Part shown: positions 62,287 through 64,000 of the stretch, one piece after another
Layout: each line of letters starts with the position of its first letter
How positions within the stretch are numbered: position 1 is the first letter of the stretch
Source: Eledone cirrhosa
Taxonomy: Eukaryota
Direction of reading: 5' to 3'
Length of the DNA stretch: 64,000 nt
NCBI GenBank assembly: GCA_964016885.1
Contig: OZ024743.1
Location: 327,174,001-327,238,000, forward strand
The notes under the pieces: generated by a model
Seen by the model: the letters and a program-made list of their open reading frames with translations, nothing else
Told to the model about the DNA's origin: nothing
Databases searched by the model: none
Program-made: the position numbers and the translations under genes

Positions 62287-62559
62287 TATAGAGAAAATTT
62301 AACTTTATTATGTTAAGGTATAAATTCTCAGTTTAATATTTATTTTAAATCATTACTCATTTGAGAATGAGTGCATACATAACATCTACTATTTGTAGTT
62401 ATTCTCGGTTCTAGGTTATCATGTTGGGTAGATATGTTAGAGATGGAGAACACCTTAATATTTACATCATTGGAATCTAATTTTATATTTTAGTTGCTTT
62501 ATTTAATTTATCTCTGGGATTTTTTACTATTACTTTTATTAGATTTATTTTAAAATAAT

Positions 62560-63780
62560 TTCATTTTCTTCTGGTTATTAATAGCTATATTGTAAGCTAA
62601 ATTATGTGTTGTGGAGTATAAAATTTTAGCTGCATTTTTATTAACAGTACCTGTGTACAGGTGGGAAATATGTTGGATGATATAAAAAAAATAACTTAGC
62701 TATATTAGACAATACTTGGATTCTGTAAGCAGGATATACCAAGTATTTTTTCATCTTCTAAATTCTTTTATTAGTTGATACACAATGTTTATTAGTATCA
62801 TTTAGATAATTATTGCATTTCACATTAAAATACCTAAAATTAATCTTATTACCTATTTCAGGATTTATCTTATTAATTTCTGTATCAAATTCATCAGTTC
62901 AATGTTGTTTCCATTATTTAAATTAAGAAAACCAGAATTTGGTGGGCCCCACTTTCTAAAATTCCCTTTACATGAAAGGTTTGCTTTAGATGAAATCTCT
63001 CCACTTTGACTTTAGGAATTTGATTCAGAATTATTGTAATTTGCCTATGTTCTCTAACTTTCAAGTATGGGGTCCTGAATTTGTTTATTGCCACAGGTAT
63101 ATATGTTATTTTATCATTATAGCTTGGCCTGGCTAATGCCTTGTTATAATACTCAGCATTCTAGTTAAATATCTCTTGATTTGTTGAAACTTTAGAAATT
63201 CTATTTAACCCCCACCCCAACTATCATACTTATATCAAAACACAAGAATTTAAAACTTTTTTTATTTTTCAGTCCTACATGCCAAGTAATCACCTCATCG
63301 GTGTTTCCCCACAAACTAAGCCTGGCCTTCTCCTTTACAAGTGGCATTTATTTATCTAATATTTGATCATATATTCATCCCATATCTGGTGTAGAATGGC
63401 TAATGTGTCTAATGCATAGATTATTATTTAAGCCTGATTCATGATCCTTTAAGTTAAAATCTAGTAATTTGTCAGTAGTCTATATGGCTCAGTAAATTTG
63501 TTTAAGTAAAACTATGATCATATTTTCTCTCTTGATATTATTTCAATTAGTAGTATTAGTTATTTTTATAATTACTTTTCAATCCCTTATATTTAAATTT
63601 CTCATATGATTCTGAATCTTCTACATATATGTTCTGTGTTTTATCGGCTTTTATATGTAATCCTTTTTGTTTCCTTAGCTTATCCAGTTCATCCTATAAT
63701 CTGCTTTTTTTTATATGCCTCAGCCTTTTTGAATTTAATATTTTTAATCATTTAAATTAAGTCTTCTACACATTTTTCAA
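62560..63780 (-). mobile_element. Degenerate Penelope-like ORF
   Basis: Minus-strand remnants MIKNIKF, KADKTQN.Y, LKDH, ILDK, W.NTDEVITW, CFDI, RISKVSTNQEIF..YYNKAL, FPPVHRY..YSTT. Confidence 0.8.
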
Positions 63781-64000
63781 GCAAAGGGTTGTGGAATGTA
63801 TACATGTATATATATAATTTGGAGATTTTTTTTGGAAGCTGCTACAATGCAGGTGGGTTGTAAATATTAAAGCAAACAAAATTATGTGAAGAAAAAGAGA
63901 GGTAAATGTTGGGGGGAGAAGAGAAAGAAAAAGAAAAATGGGAGAAGAAAAAAAGGAAAAGAACCAAAGATATCGTTACTTTGGAAATGTTTATTAGTCC

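Overview
AT-rich animal genomic DNA with many (TA)n, (CA)n and (CAT)n microsatellites. The SINE/RTE/CR1/Penelope repertoire suggests an octopus or other coleoid cephalopod; this is an inference, not a database result. One complete host gene can be assembled by hand: PDCD10/CCM3 on the minus strand, with 7 coding exons between 18241 and 714, canonical GT-AG introns, 209 aa and a candidate poly(A) signal at 208-213. A weakly supported spliced plus-strand transcript starts near 46 kb. The rest is transposon-derived: one apparently intact 4.5-kb CR1-type LINE plus decayed copies, at least three RTE-clade LINE families carrying a PHD-type finger inside the RT, an IR/DR Tc1 element, Penelope-like elements with hammerhead ribozymes, tRNA-derived SINEs, MITEs and foldback hairpins. 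The most striking signals are in the intact CR1. (1) Its first 3' tail carries 12 clustered A-to-G changes in about 120 nt, resembling ADAR hyper-editing copied back into the genome, and is followed by a second, unedited tail. (2) ORF2 has no AUG ahead of its endonuclease motifs and lies in the -1 frame behind a G_GGA_AAC slippery heptamer at the ORF1 stop; the heptamer is conserved in a second copy. All alignments and folds were done by eye, and repeat boundaries are approximate.
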